This document shows positions 39,117 through 52,312 of a DNA stretch of 64,000 nt, in pieces. Below the pieces are notes generated by a model. That model was not told the origin of the DNA. It saw only the letters and a program-made list of their open reading frames with translations, and searched no databases. Made by a program: the position numbers and the translations under genes. Source of the stretch: Octopus sinensis (taxonomy: Eukaryota); contig NC_043006.1 in the NCBI RefSeq assembly GCF_006345805.1, positions 1,178,001 through 1,242,000 on the forward strand, in the 5' to 3' direction. Numbering within the stretch: the first letter of the stretch is position 1; the number at the start of each line of letters is the position of its first letter.

Positions 39117-40180
39117 TGTGTGTGTGTGTGTGCTTGTAAATGTTGAATCCTTGTTTAACTTTGGCTATTATGTGTGCACATGTGTGTGTATATGTTTGTA
39201 GCTTTGTTGGAGTATGTTAACATTATTTTCTATGTATGTAGACAGATGTGTGCGTGTTCATCTCTACGTGTTCGCGTGTAGGTGTTCGTGTGTACGCGTT
39301 TGCCATTTATGTGTGTGTGTGTAATTTGTTTAGTTTATCTCTGTCTATGCGTGTTAGGTGTGTCCTCTCGCGTGTTTGTAATGCATGCATGCGCTGCTGC
39401 ATACGTGTTTGCAGTATAATTTTCCGTCTTGCTTTGCATGCCGGATCTCCGATATCTCGCCTCCGGAGAGAACAAGAATTAATTTTCGCTCTCGAAAGTT
39501 TTGCTTTACGCGGTTTGAATTCTCGAGTTCATTCTCTTCTGTTACACACAATACACACAAGCCAATACACACACTCGCACCACAATCCACAGTTACACAC
39601 ATACACATACGCACTTACACACTCGCACATATCCCCCACCGTTACATAAAACAAACACACATATAGCATACACATACCTACGCAAGCACGTATGCACACA
39701 TCCACACATTATACACGTATACACAACAAACACTTACTCAAGCACACGGATATTTCTATTGACACACGCTGGAAATAACCAAGCAAAATCATCCAAATAG
39801 CAGCACACACACACACACACACGCCTAACAAAATTAAACATGCACTCGACACTCGCATACACACATACACGCTTCACACTAACTAAACACACACACCCAC
39901 TAACATACACACTCACATACACACTCACATACACACTCACATACACACTCTCACACACTCGCATACACACACACACACTCACACACACAAACACACACAC
40001 ACACACACTACTTCAATCTCACACTCACGCTCCCATCTTCTCCTGCTTTATCTCCCATTTTTCTATCATCGCTCAACACAATATTCTCTCATTTTTCTAT
40101 ATTTCTGCCTCATTTAAAAACGGATCAGGTACTTCACGTCAGTTTATATTCCATTCTTTTCCTTTCAGTTATTTTGTCCT

Positions 40181-40232
<52 letters not shown>

Positions 40233-40395
40233 ACGATTTCTTTTTCTCTCTGAAACAGTTCGAAACGTCAAAAAAGGATATTTCTATCTCACCAACGTTA
40301 AATTAATACCAATATTAATGTACTAGTTGTTTTTTTTTACTTTTGTAATACACACACACGCACACACACATACACACACACACACACACGGATAA

Positions 40396-40482
<87 letters not shown>

Positions 40483-40489
40483 TGTACAG

Positions 40490-40640
40490 TAAGCAAAACG
40501 CAAAGACGAGTGATGGAACTACAAGCAGATGTATTAATTTGACGCTCGGAAGAAAGGTAAGTCCTTGACATTTCGAATCTACACTCTTCGACCGGAAGGG
40601 ATGAAGGTGGGGGATGGAGAGAGAGAGAAATGCACGGCAG
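40490..40640 (-). mobile_element. Family H fragment with degenerate HHR-like motif (40563-40598)
   Basis: Minus: cttc-CGGTCGA-a-gagt-gtag-attc-GAAA-tg-TC-aagg; aligns with 16736-16771. Confidence 0.5.
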
Positions 40641-41240
40641 AATTAACGGTTTGATACGACGATGTATGCGTGTAGAACTTCGGTGCTAAGATCAAATTAA
40701 CTATTGCTGTATATCATATATCAGCCAGTGGACAGATCGTAAATAGCTCGCACGTTTACAGCGACGTTTGAGATTTAAGTTGGTTGTATTTTATGTCAGC
40801 AGATGTTGTCTTAACATTTTCCGTCCTATCATTTCTGGAGCGAATCACAGCGAAAACTACAGAACTGGAGATAAACTCCTGACTTGGTAGAGTCAGCTCC
40901 TACTTAAACCCGTCTGCATCAGCTGTAACGATTAATGAAGTGTGAAAATAATGAGGGACCTCTGTCTGTGTGAAGGAATTCACTTATAAACAATTGAAAA
41001 CCTGGCAACTACGATAGAATGCTAAGCACAGTAGCATTATGTTATACGTAGTTTCTATTGTCCCATCTTTTTATGATGTGACGTGGGATACTAAAATGAT
41101 TGGAATTTCATAATTACACATACACATACACACACATACATACATACACACACACACACATACATACATACATACATACATACATACATACATACATACA
41201 TACATACATACATACATACATACATACATACATACATACA

Positions 41241-41749
41241 TGATGGCTGCCCCCTCCATATCGAGTATGGCCATTGCACGAAGCTTAACTGTTATTGGTG
41301 CTGTGATCGAATGTGACTTTTTAGCCCAGCTAAAGATCTACAATATCTTGTACAGAATTGGCAGCTAAAACCTTTACCGGCAGTAGCCGGCTGTAGTTGT
41401 AACTGGGCTTCATACATACATACATACATACATACATACATACATACATACATACATACATACATACATCATACATACATACATCATACATACACACATA
41501 CATACATACATACTACATACATACATAATACATACATACATACAACATACATACATACATACAACATACATACATACATGATGGCTGCCCCCTCCATATC
41601 GAGTATGGCCATTGCACGAAGCTTAACTGTTATTGGTGCTGTGATCGAATGTGACTTTTTAGCCCAGCTAAAGATCTACAATATCTTGTACAGAATTGGC
41701 AGCTAAAACCTTTACCGGCAGTAGCCGGCTGTAGTTGTAACTGGGCTTC
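41241..41749 (-). mobile_element. Two identical 171-bp RTE-like LINE 3' ends (41241-41411, 41579-41749) with (ATGT)n tails
   Basis: Minus frame FSCQFCTRYCRSLAGLKSHIRSQHQ* (C2H2 finger typical of RTE C-termini), short UTR and tetranucleotide tail. Confidence 0.7.
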
Positions 41750-42921
41750 ATACATACATACATACATACATACATACATACATACATACATACATACATA
41801 CATACATACATACATACATCATACATACATACATCATACATACATACATACATACATACATACATACATACATACATACATACATACATACATACATACA
41901 TACATACATACATACATACATACATGCATGCATATACGTCTTGGCAGTGTGTAAAGGTAGGGTATTTCCAGAGGAGCACTCAACCCGAATTCTGGGCTAT
42001 CAACATTGTCGGGTTCCATCCAGACCAATGCCGGAATTCTTCAAGTGTTGAAAATCCTAGTTCCAAAGCGGTCACACCGAAATGTGGGTTTGGCGAAGAA
42101 TAAATCGTAATCCAAATAATAAGAAGAAATTCTATAACACATATTTAATGATTTGATGCAGTTGTTTCTGTACCAACTCTGCTTCCAACGCCGGTTTACC
42201 CAAAAATACGAAGTGAAAATTTACGTAATGTTTGCGGTTTTAGACATTAGAGTGGCACTTCGTCAGAATTGCATCAGATGTGTGCTGTCACATTGTGCGT
42301 CTGCCAGACATTGTCATTTGGCTTGTATCGGAAGGAAACAAAAAGTAAATAAAATGTGGTTTGAGGATGAGTAATTAGTATAGAGATCATGTGGGGAGGA
42401 TAGAGCGAAAGAATACAAAGGAGGAGGGAAGTTGGGGGAGGGGGGAGAAGAAGAAGAAGAAGAAGAAGAAGAAGAATTTTGCGTAAAGTGATGTTGCAAG
42501 CAGAGTTGTTAGAGAAACAGCTGTAACGAATCATTGAAGATATGTTAAAGAATTTCTTTGGTTTTTTTCGTATTTGGATTATATATATATATATATATAC
42601 ATACGAAGACACACACACACACACACATAAATATGTCTGCGTATGTGTGCGTACACACATACGTATACGTATATGAGCTTGCACGTGAGTGTATTTACAA
42701 AGAAAGGGATGAAATGAAGAATTATACTTATATGTTGTATTTACACAGACGTCAATAGCATTGAAGCATAATAAATAGTCAATACTCTTGAGTAGAGTGC
42801 TATATAAGAACATGTGAGTCTGCTAGTTGAGATTTCTCACTACTGCATTTAACGATGCATACACACCCACACACACATCAGTGTATATTTCTGTGAGTGT
42901 GTAAATATGCATATATATATA

Positions 42922-42999
<78 letters not shown>

Positions 43000-43019
43000 T
43001 TATATATATATAAGTTGTC

Positions 43020-44640
43020 TAAAAGCTAAAAGTTCATAAGTCAGGAAGAAGATGCACTCGTGTATCTCTCAATAGAGTGGGTATATAATCTAAAATGTAC
43101 AATATTGTATTATAGATCCATTACACCTTACCAATCGGTTTCGCACTAAGGGTATAACGGAGTGTTAGCAAACAATCTGATTATATAACCCTACGCTCAT
43201 CAGAGGTAGCCAATATGGAATGAAATATGGCGACTACTCTCTATTGTTGACATAAAAGGAGACATCCGCTTTCCGGTTGCCGTGAAAGGGTGATGAGACA
43301 AACCAGGTAGGTGATTTAGTTAAGAGTTCTGTCCCTTGGTACCAAGACATCATCACTGGATTGGTTATGTTGTAAGAGCTATCATGAAGTGTTTGTGGCA
43401 ATTGTGTGTGCGTCTTTCCGGTTGGTGTTCTTGTGGAAATAGGATGTGTGTAATGGTACTGTATATATAATTTTTGCAGGGGTTGTAGGCATCCATTACT
43501 GCGTTCGCTAGTGTGTTTTTCTGTATTGGTGAAGGTCGTGGGGGCTTTATGTGTGCATGTACTTCCTTTTATGTCGGCAAGAATTAAACACTTCGCTTCT
43601 GCTATTCAGGTAAATGCCTGGGTTCTGGATGTTCTTTAAAATCGCTCCTTTTTCAGACAACCTGCACTTCCTGCTGCTATTGAAGTAAGATTTGCATTTA
43701 TCCAGGATCTTCCACTTTATGTTGTACTCGGTGGCGCTTTCTTTCGAAGATCACATGTGCTTGGCCATGGTTGTGGCGTTGCATCTTTCCGGGATGTTAC
43801 AGGAGGACTTGTCGTTAAAGCAGGTCCTGAAATGGTCTTCAGTCTCTCCTCCATACTTTCGCACGTTTGCTTGCCAGTTTAGTCCTATACCTGTTGCCTC
43901 TGCCTCATACACGACGGTCTCCGTGTTACAGTGACTCTTCAGTGGCCTTATGAGCATCCTTCTCTGTCTCAGGCCTACTTAATAAAATCTTTTTTACATT
44001 AGGTGCACAGCTAAAAGAAATTCTCAGGGTGTGCCTATTGAGCATTTTGTTGAATTTATTTGTACAGAGGAAGTGCTTTAACGTTTAAATAGAGGATATG
44101 AACCACAACCCTTTCCTATGTCGCTTTCTCATGGAGGGGGTTAGGTTTTCGCGTGTAACTAATCCTATCCTTGAAACCGCTGGCAGCTAGAGCCTCATTG
44201 TAGTATGGAGCGGCAGTATCGAAAATCTCTTTGCTCGAAGACAAGCTGGAGATTCTTATGCTGAGGCCCTTTATCAGGTTCTTGAAAACTATGGCTGAAT
44301 GACAGGAACTTGTGTTGATGTACACAAGCCTCTTCTTTTGGCTTCCTAACGGGAAGCACCAGAGTCACATCAAGGAAATCCACCGTTTTCAGATTGGTTT
44401 CTATCGTGACCTTCAGTCCAAGGGAGTTCATGGTGCTGGTGAGGTCTTTTGTAAGCCTATCTGGCGTGTGGCCGTTTGTCTCTCTTGATATTGCCAACGC
44501 GTCATCCCTGTAGAGGCCAAAGCTGGTTGAGGGGAATTTCTTTTTCTAGAGTGAAGAAACCGACGAGGTCACACACACCAGCCCTGTCGAAGGCGCCCAT
44601 TGCTACGCCGAAGAAGCCTTCTGGGTCAGTTCGTGTAAGT
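43020..44640 (-). mobile_element. Decayed Naiad-like PLE (RT, GIY-YIG and 3' terminal repeat)
   Basis: GLYRDDALAI, TVDFLDVTL, AAPYYNEALAASGF, VVYEAE..KYGGETE, NIKWKILD, NSRSEVFNSCRH. Frameshifted. Confidence 0.9.
43125..43207 (-). ncRNA. Type I hammerhead ribozyme in PLE 3' repeat
   Basis: Minus: acct-CTGATGA-gc..agggttata..tataccct..gc-GAAA-ccgattgg-TA-aggt. Stem III is one change from the palindrome ACCGATCGGT and lies in sense with the ORF. Confidence 0.8.
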
Positions 44641-44689
44641 GATAGAAACGATACTCTACTTTCTTTCCAAAGTCTGCTCTATGATTACA

Positions 44690-46520
44690 AAAATTAACAG
44701 TTTCCGTAATTTTAGTGTTACGCAACGGCTCTATCTGCGGAGTAAATCATAGGATTCAAAATGAGTTTTCAGATGGTCTGCTAGGATTTGTTGATACAAA
44801 TGAACTTCACATTGTTATGGCGGTGGCAATCTGAGAACTCCACTGTAATAATGTACATCAGGTCCTTTCCTTTTATTATAATATGAATTGGTATCCCTAT
44901 TGCTTAAAAAGCCACTTCTCATAGGTCAACAATCACACCATTACTTCTACCAACCCGTTACTTCGTTGAATGCTTTTGTTTTGCGAGATTCTTTGTGATG
45001 ACTTTTACCTTTTTTTATTTTGTGAGTTAGTAAACACTTTTTGTTGTTTTAGAATCTCCAAATGCAAAACTTTCTGATGCAAACACTTCAGGTTTCGTGT
45101 TGCAGCCTGTAAATAAATGAATAATTTTCCACAAAATCTCTCAAAACCATTTCTTTTTCAAGGATCCTTTTCTCTCTGAGCCAAATGCAACTGGCTCTTT
45201 GGCAATAAAATCCTGCATCTTGAGAACTTGAAGGCTTCTAACAAAATCGTTCGATAAATATATGCGCTGCTTTTTTCACTCTTTCCTTTGACAATTAGGC
45301 TTATACTGCATTTCATCAATCACTTCAAATGCTCTCAGCTCTACCCTAGAAAAACCATAAACATGAAGGCTTAGGAGCGGTCGTCTCTCCCCTCACTCAC
45401 TACAACATCCCTGGGTCAATGAACTTGCTGAATGGCAAAGTTAAATCGAAGGTCTAAACCATAGATGTCTGTGAAGAAAGACGAAGTGTCGAATACAAGA
45501 ACTACCTCAAGATAAAATCGTGTTCCTCCAAAGAGACTGCATTTGTCTCCCAGTCCATAAGATAGCTAGTGCATCCCCACAATCTCAACTACAATAAAAA
45601 CAACAGCCTAAATGAAAATCTCAACTAAAATTACAATCAAAGAAAAGACAAAAAGAAAACAAAATCAGTTCCAAGATCAGCAACAGCAAAAGCAAAATAC
45701 AAGAAATTGCATAAATTCTTTGTTGAAACGAAATATTGACTTGATGAAAGCGGTAGTTAACCACAAAAAGATTGTCAAATCAGTGAAAGCTTTGAACAGA
45801 TCCAACTCAAAACTCTCAAAGAGGGACATTTCTTATACACAGATTCGCTAACATACACAGTGTTAAAAAGAATTTTTCCAATTGATGTTGGACTTTTCAG
45901 AAAATAAAAACGACCAAACAATATTCCTTGAAATGACATTCAAAACTCCCAAGAGGCTGAAAATTACATACCCAAATGGTTGTCTCATTTGGGCATTTAA
46001 TCTTCAAACCAACTAGTGGTGAACTGCATAAAACTGCCGCCAAACACTGACAATACACTCTCTCAAATCAATGTTTTCTTCTTCTGTAATGGCAGGTAGT
46101 CCTGTTCTAACCGTCACATATTTTGATGGAGTATGTAAACACAATGTACCAAAGTCGATCTTCCCACGCACAATCCGACACACTTCTTGACTCTTGCAAA
46201 ATTGTCTAACCAAATCTTTTATGAAAACATGTTTTTACTTTTGGCAGTCAAGATATCTTTCTTTGGCAGTTGTTTTTCGCTTGTCGAGGCATAAAGTTAA
46301 ATGCAGAATATGGTTCTTTAACTTATCAAATACTTCATGTTTGTGAAGTATTGTCCAGTTTCAAATTAGTTCACTTTATTTATTATCAACTTATAAATAT
46401 TTCTCATTTCCGACTCCTTCAGATTTCACATGTTTTTCTGAAGAGAAATTGTTCAACTTTAGAAATTAATAAAATAAGATTCGTTGATTTTTATTAGTTT
46501 TATTTTTCTTATATTCTTTT
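44690..46520 (-). mobile_element. Highly decayed DNA-transposase remnant, Sola2-like
   Basis: VRQFCKSQEVCRIVRGKID; LRDFVENYSFI (DFxENY); FSDCHRHN; IYSADRAVA*H*N (resembles YFSDG..QYKN). Family motifs recalled from memory. Confidence 0.5.
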
Positions 46521-47652
46521 TCACCGGGCTATCTCTGCTTTCTTTTGTCCATAGCTTTTATATTCCAAAAGCTTTTTGTTCAGCTGTTGATTCTCCAAGT
46601 ACCGACAGAGTTTCAATAAATGGCAATAATTACTTTCTGAGAAAATAAAAGAAAACATATTTCAAGCTCTCTGGCTATATTCAGTTACAGACGTAGTAAC
46701 ACCTGAAGAAAAACTGGACGATTATGAGTTAACACCTGATAATTTCTTGAGAAATTTGTTACGAATTTCCTAATCATTAGTTATGAGATTATTTTTCTGA
46801 AAATTATTTGGAAATTTTCCTCTTTATTCCCATCTTCTTTGATAGGAATTTCATGGATCGAGAGAAGATTGCCGCATGAGATTTTACTCGGAACTTCAAA
46901 CATCACTTTCTTCCTGAAACAGCAAAACTCGTTAAATAGAATATTTTTGTCATTTTAAGCTCAGACATAAAAAGCTATTTTATTGTCTAGATCTCTGCTA
47001 CTAGCATTCCAAGAAATTTATGACTGAGCCTTTAGCATAGACAGATAATTTGTTACAATGTAAAAGAAAATGAAGAAAAATCCGAATTTTACCATCGGCG
47101 TAACTTTCAGTATTTCGATCTTGTTAATTTATACTGCTTTTAACTTGCGTTCTCAAATATTATCCGGAACGAAATTTTACACACAGAATTTCCATAGAAA
47201 CAAAAAACAAAATTTGAAATAATTCTAATAACAACTGTTTCTTAGAAATTAATTTCCAATATTTGAAATAAAATTTTCTCATATAACTTACACATATGAC
47301 CAGTTTACATTGACTGTAACGTGTAGAGCGCATAATGAGCTTCCTTCAAACAAGAAAATATGCGTGTATGTATGTGCATGTACAGTTTCGGCCAAAATGT
47401 TCAGAACGGCATTGTTTTCGCCAGAAAAGTAGGTATAAGTTTTTATCAAAGTTGTTTTATGTTCTATGATCTTCATACGCAATAAATATAATACTAATTG
47501 TTATTGTCTGAGATTTTGGTGTAATTTGAGAGGATAATACAAAAGTTATCGATGATTTAGTGATTTACTGCAAAACCCATGGCGGCCAAAAGGATCAGAA
47601 CGGTTGACAAAATAACAAAATAATCAAAAATGACAGAGAATACTGGAATTAT

Positions 47653-48669
47653 TTAATATTTAGTGTGAAACCCTTTAGCTTCAATCACACTTTGACATCT
47701 TCGACTGCATGAGGAAATTAAATTTTCAATTTCTTGCTAGGTGATCTTATTCCATTCTTCCTGAAGGGCATTCCATAATTGCTCGGTTGTTTTAGGATTT
47801 CTGGCTTTCAAACGTTCTCCTAGAATATTCCACACATTTTCAATAGGATTGAGATCAGGGCTTTGAGCAGGCCAATCCATAATAATAACCTTTTCAGCCT
47901 TGAAGAAGTTCATGACCACCTTAGCCTTGTGACATGGGACATTGTCCTGCATGAATATGGGTGGTCGCTTAGTTGAATTTCTCAGCACAGGCAAGACATA
48001 ATCTTTTACAAGTTGTTTATAAACTCCTGCATTTACCTGTCCATGTAATCGCACCAAAGAGCCCACACCATCTCCAGATATCATCCCCCAAACCATGACA
48101 CTTCCTCCACCGAATTTAACACTAGTCTTAAGGCATTTAGGCGACAATTTTTCACCTACTTTTCAACGAACGTACCTTTTCCCATCTGAGCCAAATAACA
48201 TAAACTTAGATTCATCACTGAAATGCACCGTTTGCCATTTTTCTTGAGACCACAACACATGTTCGGTTGCAAAGGTAAGACGACACTTTTTATTTTTGGA
48301 GCTGATCAGTGGCTTCACTGCAGGTGCTCTTGCTTGTAGGTCATGTTCAACTAAACGACGAGACACAGTTTTTCGAGATAAAGTTTTCTTCAATACAATG
48401 CTCATTTCCCGGGAAACAGCAGCAGCAGTTTTAAATCTGTCCTTTTTAACCAACTTTACCATAGCACGATCTTCTCTCTTGGTTGTTTTTCTTGGCCTAC
48501 CTGTAGACTTTCTTGCTTCACATGAACCACAATCATCGAAGACCTTAAGAATACCGTGAACAACACTTTTTGACTTGTTAACAATCTTTACAATAGAGCC
48601 AATATTTAAATTATCCTTCTTTCGAAGCTTAATAATCTGCTGACGAATTGGTAACGGAGTAAGTGGCAT
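47653..48669 (-). pseudogene. Tc1 DD34E transposase, 338 codons, two in-frame stops, no frameshift
   Basis: GRPRK, FSDESKF, MQDNVPCH, WPAQSPDLNPIEN with 34 residues between D and E; TGA at 48163 and TAG at 47737. Confidence 0.95.
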
Positions 48670-48737
48670 TATATATATATATATAAATAAATACATTAAA
48701 AGGCTTCCAAATAAAGAAGCGAGTGCTAGGTACACAA
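48670..48737 (-). mobile_element. Family F end fragment inside the Tc1
   Basis: 48687-48737 is identical to the reverse complement of 49640-49690. Confidence 0.85.
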
Positions 48738-49050
48738 GGTACACTGCAGATATTCTTACTAATGTTTAGTAAACGAACCGTCACATAAACAAATTCAAAA
48801 CATTAGAATTCGCCAGTTAAATATACTAAAACACGGAGTAAAAGCAACCGTTCTGATCATTTTGGCCGCCATGGGTTTTGCAGTAAATCACTAAATCATC
48901 CATAACTTTTGTATTATCCTCTCAGACAATAACAATTGATATTGTATTTATTGTGTGTGAAAATTATAGAATATAAAACAACTTAGATAAAAACTTGTAC
49001 CTACTTTTCTGGCGAAAACAATGCCGTTCTGAACATTTTGGCCGCAACTG

Positions 49051-49095
<45 letters not shown>

Positions 49096-49119
49096 ATATA
49101 TATATATATATACATATAT

Positions 49120-49683
49120 ATAAACATAGTAAATAGGGTAATAAAAATAAATTATTATTACCAGTGACCGAGCACAAAAGACGAATTAGTCATTAGACTA
49201 TATGTTATTCATATATAAATACCTTAAAAGGCTTCCAAATAAAGAAGCGAGTGCTAGATACACAAAAAGGGGATAGATTCATGAAATGGGTCACTGATGG
49301 GTCACTGGCAATAATAATTTATTTTTATTACCCTATTTACTATGTTTAAATATTGCTCGATAAATTTGCTCGTAAATTTTTTACGGGCATCCTCTCTGTC
49401 GCCGGGTATGATTTGCGTCTGCGCACTGGTCTGAAAAGTTAGGGTATACAGATCGTTAGATTTGCACGTGAGTCTAACGGTATGTACAGCTCGGATTACA
49501 AAGGCTTCCTGCTGACGATTCTGGCCTTGGCAGATGAATTCTATTCATTTGCTAAAAAAAAGATGAAACTGCTGTACAGGATTAGCTGAGTTGGCAAACG
49601 TTTTTGATTTTCATTCCATTTCATGAATTTATCCCCTTTTTGTGTACCTAGCACTCGCTTCTTTATTTGGAAGCCTTTTAATG

Positions 49684-49690
<7 letters not shown>
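49120..49690 (+). mobile_element. Family F element: inverted 170-bp segment plus ~400-bp sense unit with HHR
   Basis: 49120-49290 is an inverted, circularly permuted copy spanning the unit end/start junction; homologous to 33541-34135; (TA)n flanks. Confidence 0.8.
49507..49581 (+). ncRNA. Type I hammerhead ribozyme (family F)
   Basis: tcctg-CTGACGA-ttc..ttggcagatgaat-tct-attcatttgctaa..gat-GAAA-ctgctg-TA-cagga; one mismatch each in stems II and III. Confidence 0.75.
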
Positions 49691-49741
<51 letters not shown>

Positions 49742-50849
49742 TGCATACCTATAGCAGGTCCTCGTTTTCAGTTCCAGTCAGAAATGTATGGTCTACCGAC
49801 ACCAATATGCTAATATTTTCCGAAAATATTCATCCAACTCTTGTGTGGTTTTAACATTGTTAATAACCAATCCGAATCATCAGTAGCAGCACATTTTTCT
49901 GTGATATCTCTCCTGAATAACTTAAGCTGTAACATTGACAGTCCTGCTAATGGTAGTGCCAAATTCTAGTGAAAGATTTTTATGGTAGTATTGCTGTTAG
50001 TCTCATCAACGTAAGTATGAAGTACAACATTGATTCGGTGGAAATCTTAGTTCGTTCTTGCCAACCTAATGGTTCCTGGTAATCTTGACAATCGATTGTT
50101 GTGCGATGATCAGATTTCTGCTAATGATGGAACCACAGTAAAGGATCTTATCGGTAAAGCTGTTCAGCATCGATGCACATAGTAAAACTGTTGTTGTTCC
50201 AGTGAAATTCTTCTCCGTTTTTTTATACAGCGTCGCTCCACAGTCAGCACAAACCCATAAAAGGCAGAAGGCCATTTATTCAAAAATATATTACTCGGCT
50301 CAGTTGTTCTAGATATATATTATATCCAGCAAGTTTGAAAACCATTCAGTAACACCTGATTAATATTAATCTTTCATTTTTAAAATTATTTTGTCAGTTA
50401 TTATTGTGTATTGTTCTTAGTAAGATATATTTATCACAGTAAAACGCCGGAATATGCAGGAGAAAATTTATTTATATAAATTGATATCAAAAGTATCTGA
50501 AGTATTAATAATTATCATTTTTTAAGAATATATAAATTTCTGTATGAAAATAATAAATGATTTCGGTGTAAATTTCCAGAAGTGAACGACATCGCTTCCA
50601 GTTTCTAATAAGGTTCGTGAGACCTCAGTCAGAGACTTAAATTTTTTCAGTTATATAAACGCTTGCCCACACATAATCACACTCATGTTCCTATACACAC
50701 ACACACATATCTATGTATGCATGCACAGACAGACAGACAGATAGATAAATAGACAGAGATTAGAAGATAGATATATATATATATAGTTGCATGTACATAT
50801 GTACAAATGTATATATATACATATATATATATGATCTGGATCACCATTG

Positions 50850-51440
50850 ATCGGCCAGGCTACCTGCTGTCGAGTCTGCTCCGCTGACCACAGCATTTGC
50901 TCCATTACCCTCGTGGTCTCGCCATTCTCCTCCACGTTGTTTCAAACATCTTTCTTAAGACATTTTTCCACCTGATTCGAGTTCTTCCGAGTAGTCTCTT
51001 CTGTTCGCACCCTTAACACTCAACTGCTCGGATTAACCGATTATCCGTGAACTTTACCACATGACCAGGCCATCGCAGCTTTGCGTGGTGGTATTCTGCG
51101 ACGACGTCATTCACTCCAGTTCTATCCATAATCGGTTCAGGCGTGGCTGTGGTAAGAAGCTTGCATGTCCTTAATTCGTCAACATTTGCCATTCCACTGT
51201 CCTGAAGCAAGTTGTTCGCATAGGTTTGACGTTTTCATTCCCTATGAATTCTTCCTCCAACTGACTGTCATAAGATTAGTTCGCTTCTATTGCGTGCTTG
51301 ACGCAATGACCAGCATTTCTCATTCTCCTCTGCTGATCGTGATAAACCTTCTCGTTGGTTAAATGAGCTCTTTGCGTAACATTCAGAGCCATTCTTAACA
51401 TTCTTGTGTTTTCCAAGCTTTATATATACGGACAGACATG
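50850..51440 (-). mobile_element. Decayed RTE LINE 3' fragment
   Basis: DRTGVNDVVAEYHHAKLRWPGHVVKFTDNR matches the RTE C-terminal RWAGHV.R..DNR motif. Confidence 0.7.
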
Positions 51441-52029
51441 CATAGAGACACACAAAACCAGTAAATACTGCCTCTGAAAAAACAATAGACGCAGTATAGA
51501 CTCGACTCTGATGAAACGTTGGCTATGGTGGCGAGAACATGTGGTTAGAATGAAAGAAGAAAGATTTCCTCGCCTAAATCTCTGTAATAAATTTGTCATC
51601 GGAAAGATAGCAAGAAGACATCCTAATGCTGCAAGACCAGCTAAAGTCAACCATTAAAATGGCAAGAAGTGAAACATAAACAGATGAGAAACTAATGTCT
51701 AGAGGAGAGGTGTTCCACTTGACATCAGTCCATCATCTTGTCTTTGTGAATTCAAAACGTAAAAATGAAGTGGAAAACCGACATAATGAACTCAAGATAC
51801 AGCAGCAGCATCCACAACAACAACAATGAGGACAATAGCCAGGCCTTTTACTACCTCTTCCTTACTATTTTTGTTCCTGCCTATTTTACGTGGTCGCCAT
51901 GGCCTTCTGAATTATCAACGCCATGAACATGGCGGAGATATTCAATCAGAAATAAATCCTTGGGCATGGGAAACCGCCGGCAACGATAAGCACGAACACA
52001 CATATACATATACATACACGTGCACACAT

Positions 52030-52064
<35 letters not shown>

Positions 52065-52266
52065 ATAAACACATAGGCCGGCACACAGGGACACAAACAG
52101 GAGCACACACATTTGGTTATAAAGAAAGGAGAAAAAAGGATTCAATTTATATGGTAGAATTTATTGTTTCCAATCTGCACCCTCTCCCTATCTTTCTCTG
52201 ACACCCTCTCTCTCTCTCACTGTCTCTCTCTCTCTATCTATCTATATATCTATCTATCTCCTTCTT

Positions 52267-52312
<46 letters not shown>

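Larger units (their letters stand above)
47383..49050 (-). mobile_element. Full-length Tc1 element with IR/DR-type long TIRs
   Basis: TA|CAGT...ACTG|TA. TIRs at 47383-47606 and 48845-49050 (18-nt indel), each with outer and inner ggccaaaa.g.tcagaacgg repeats. Confidence 0.95.

Noticed and set aside
41935-42110. Possible host exon (MEPDNVDSPEFGLSAPLEIPYLY)
   Set aside because: No recognisable domain or convincing splice sites; needs RNA-seq.
49750-50280. Unique-looking, possibly coding segment
   Set aside because: The minus-strand frames I translated contain stops and no known motif was recognised.
51520-51545. CTGATGAAACGTT as a hammerhead
   Set aside because: No stem II and no stem I pairing; lies in LINE-like debris.
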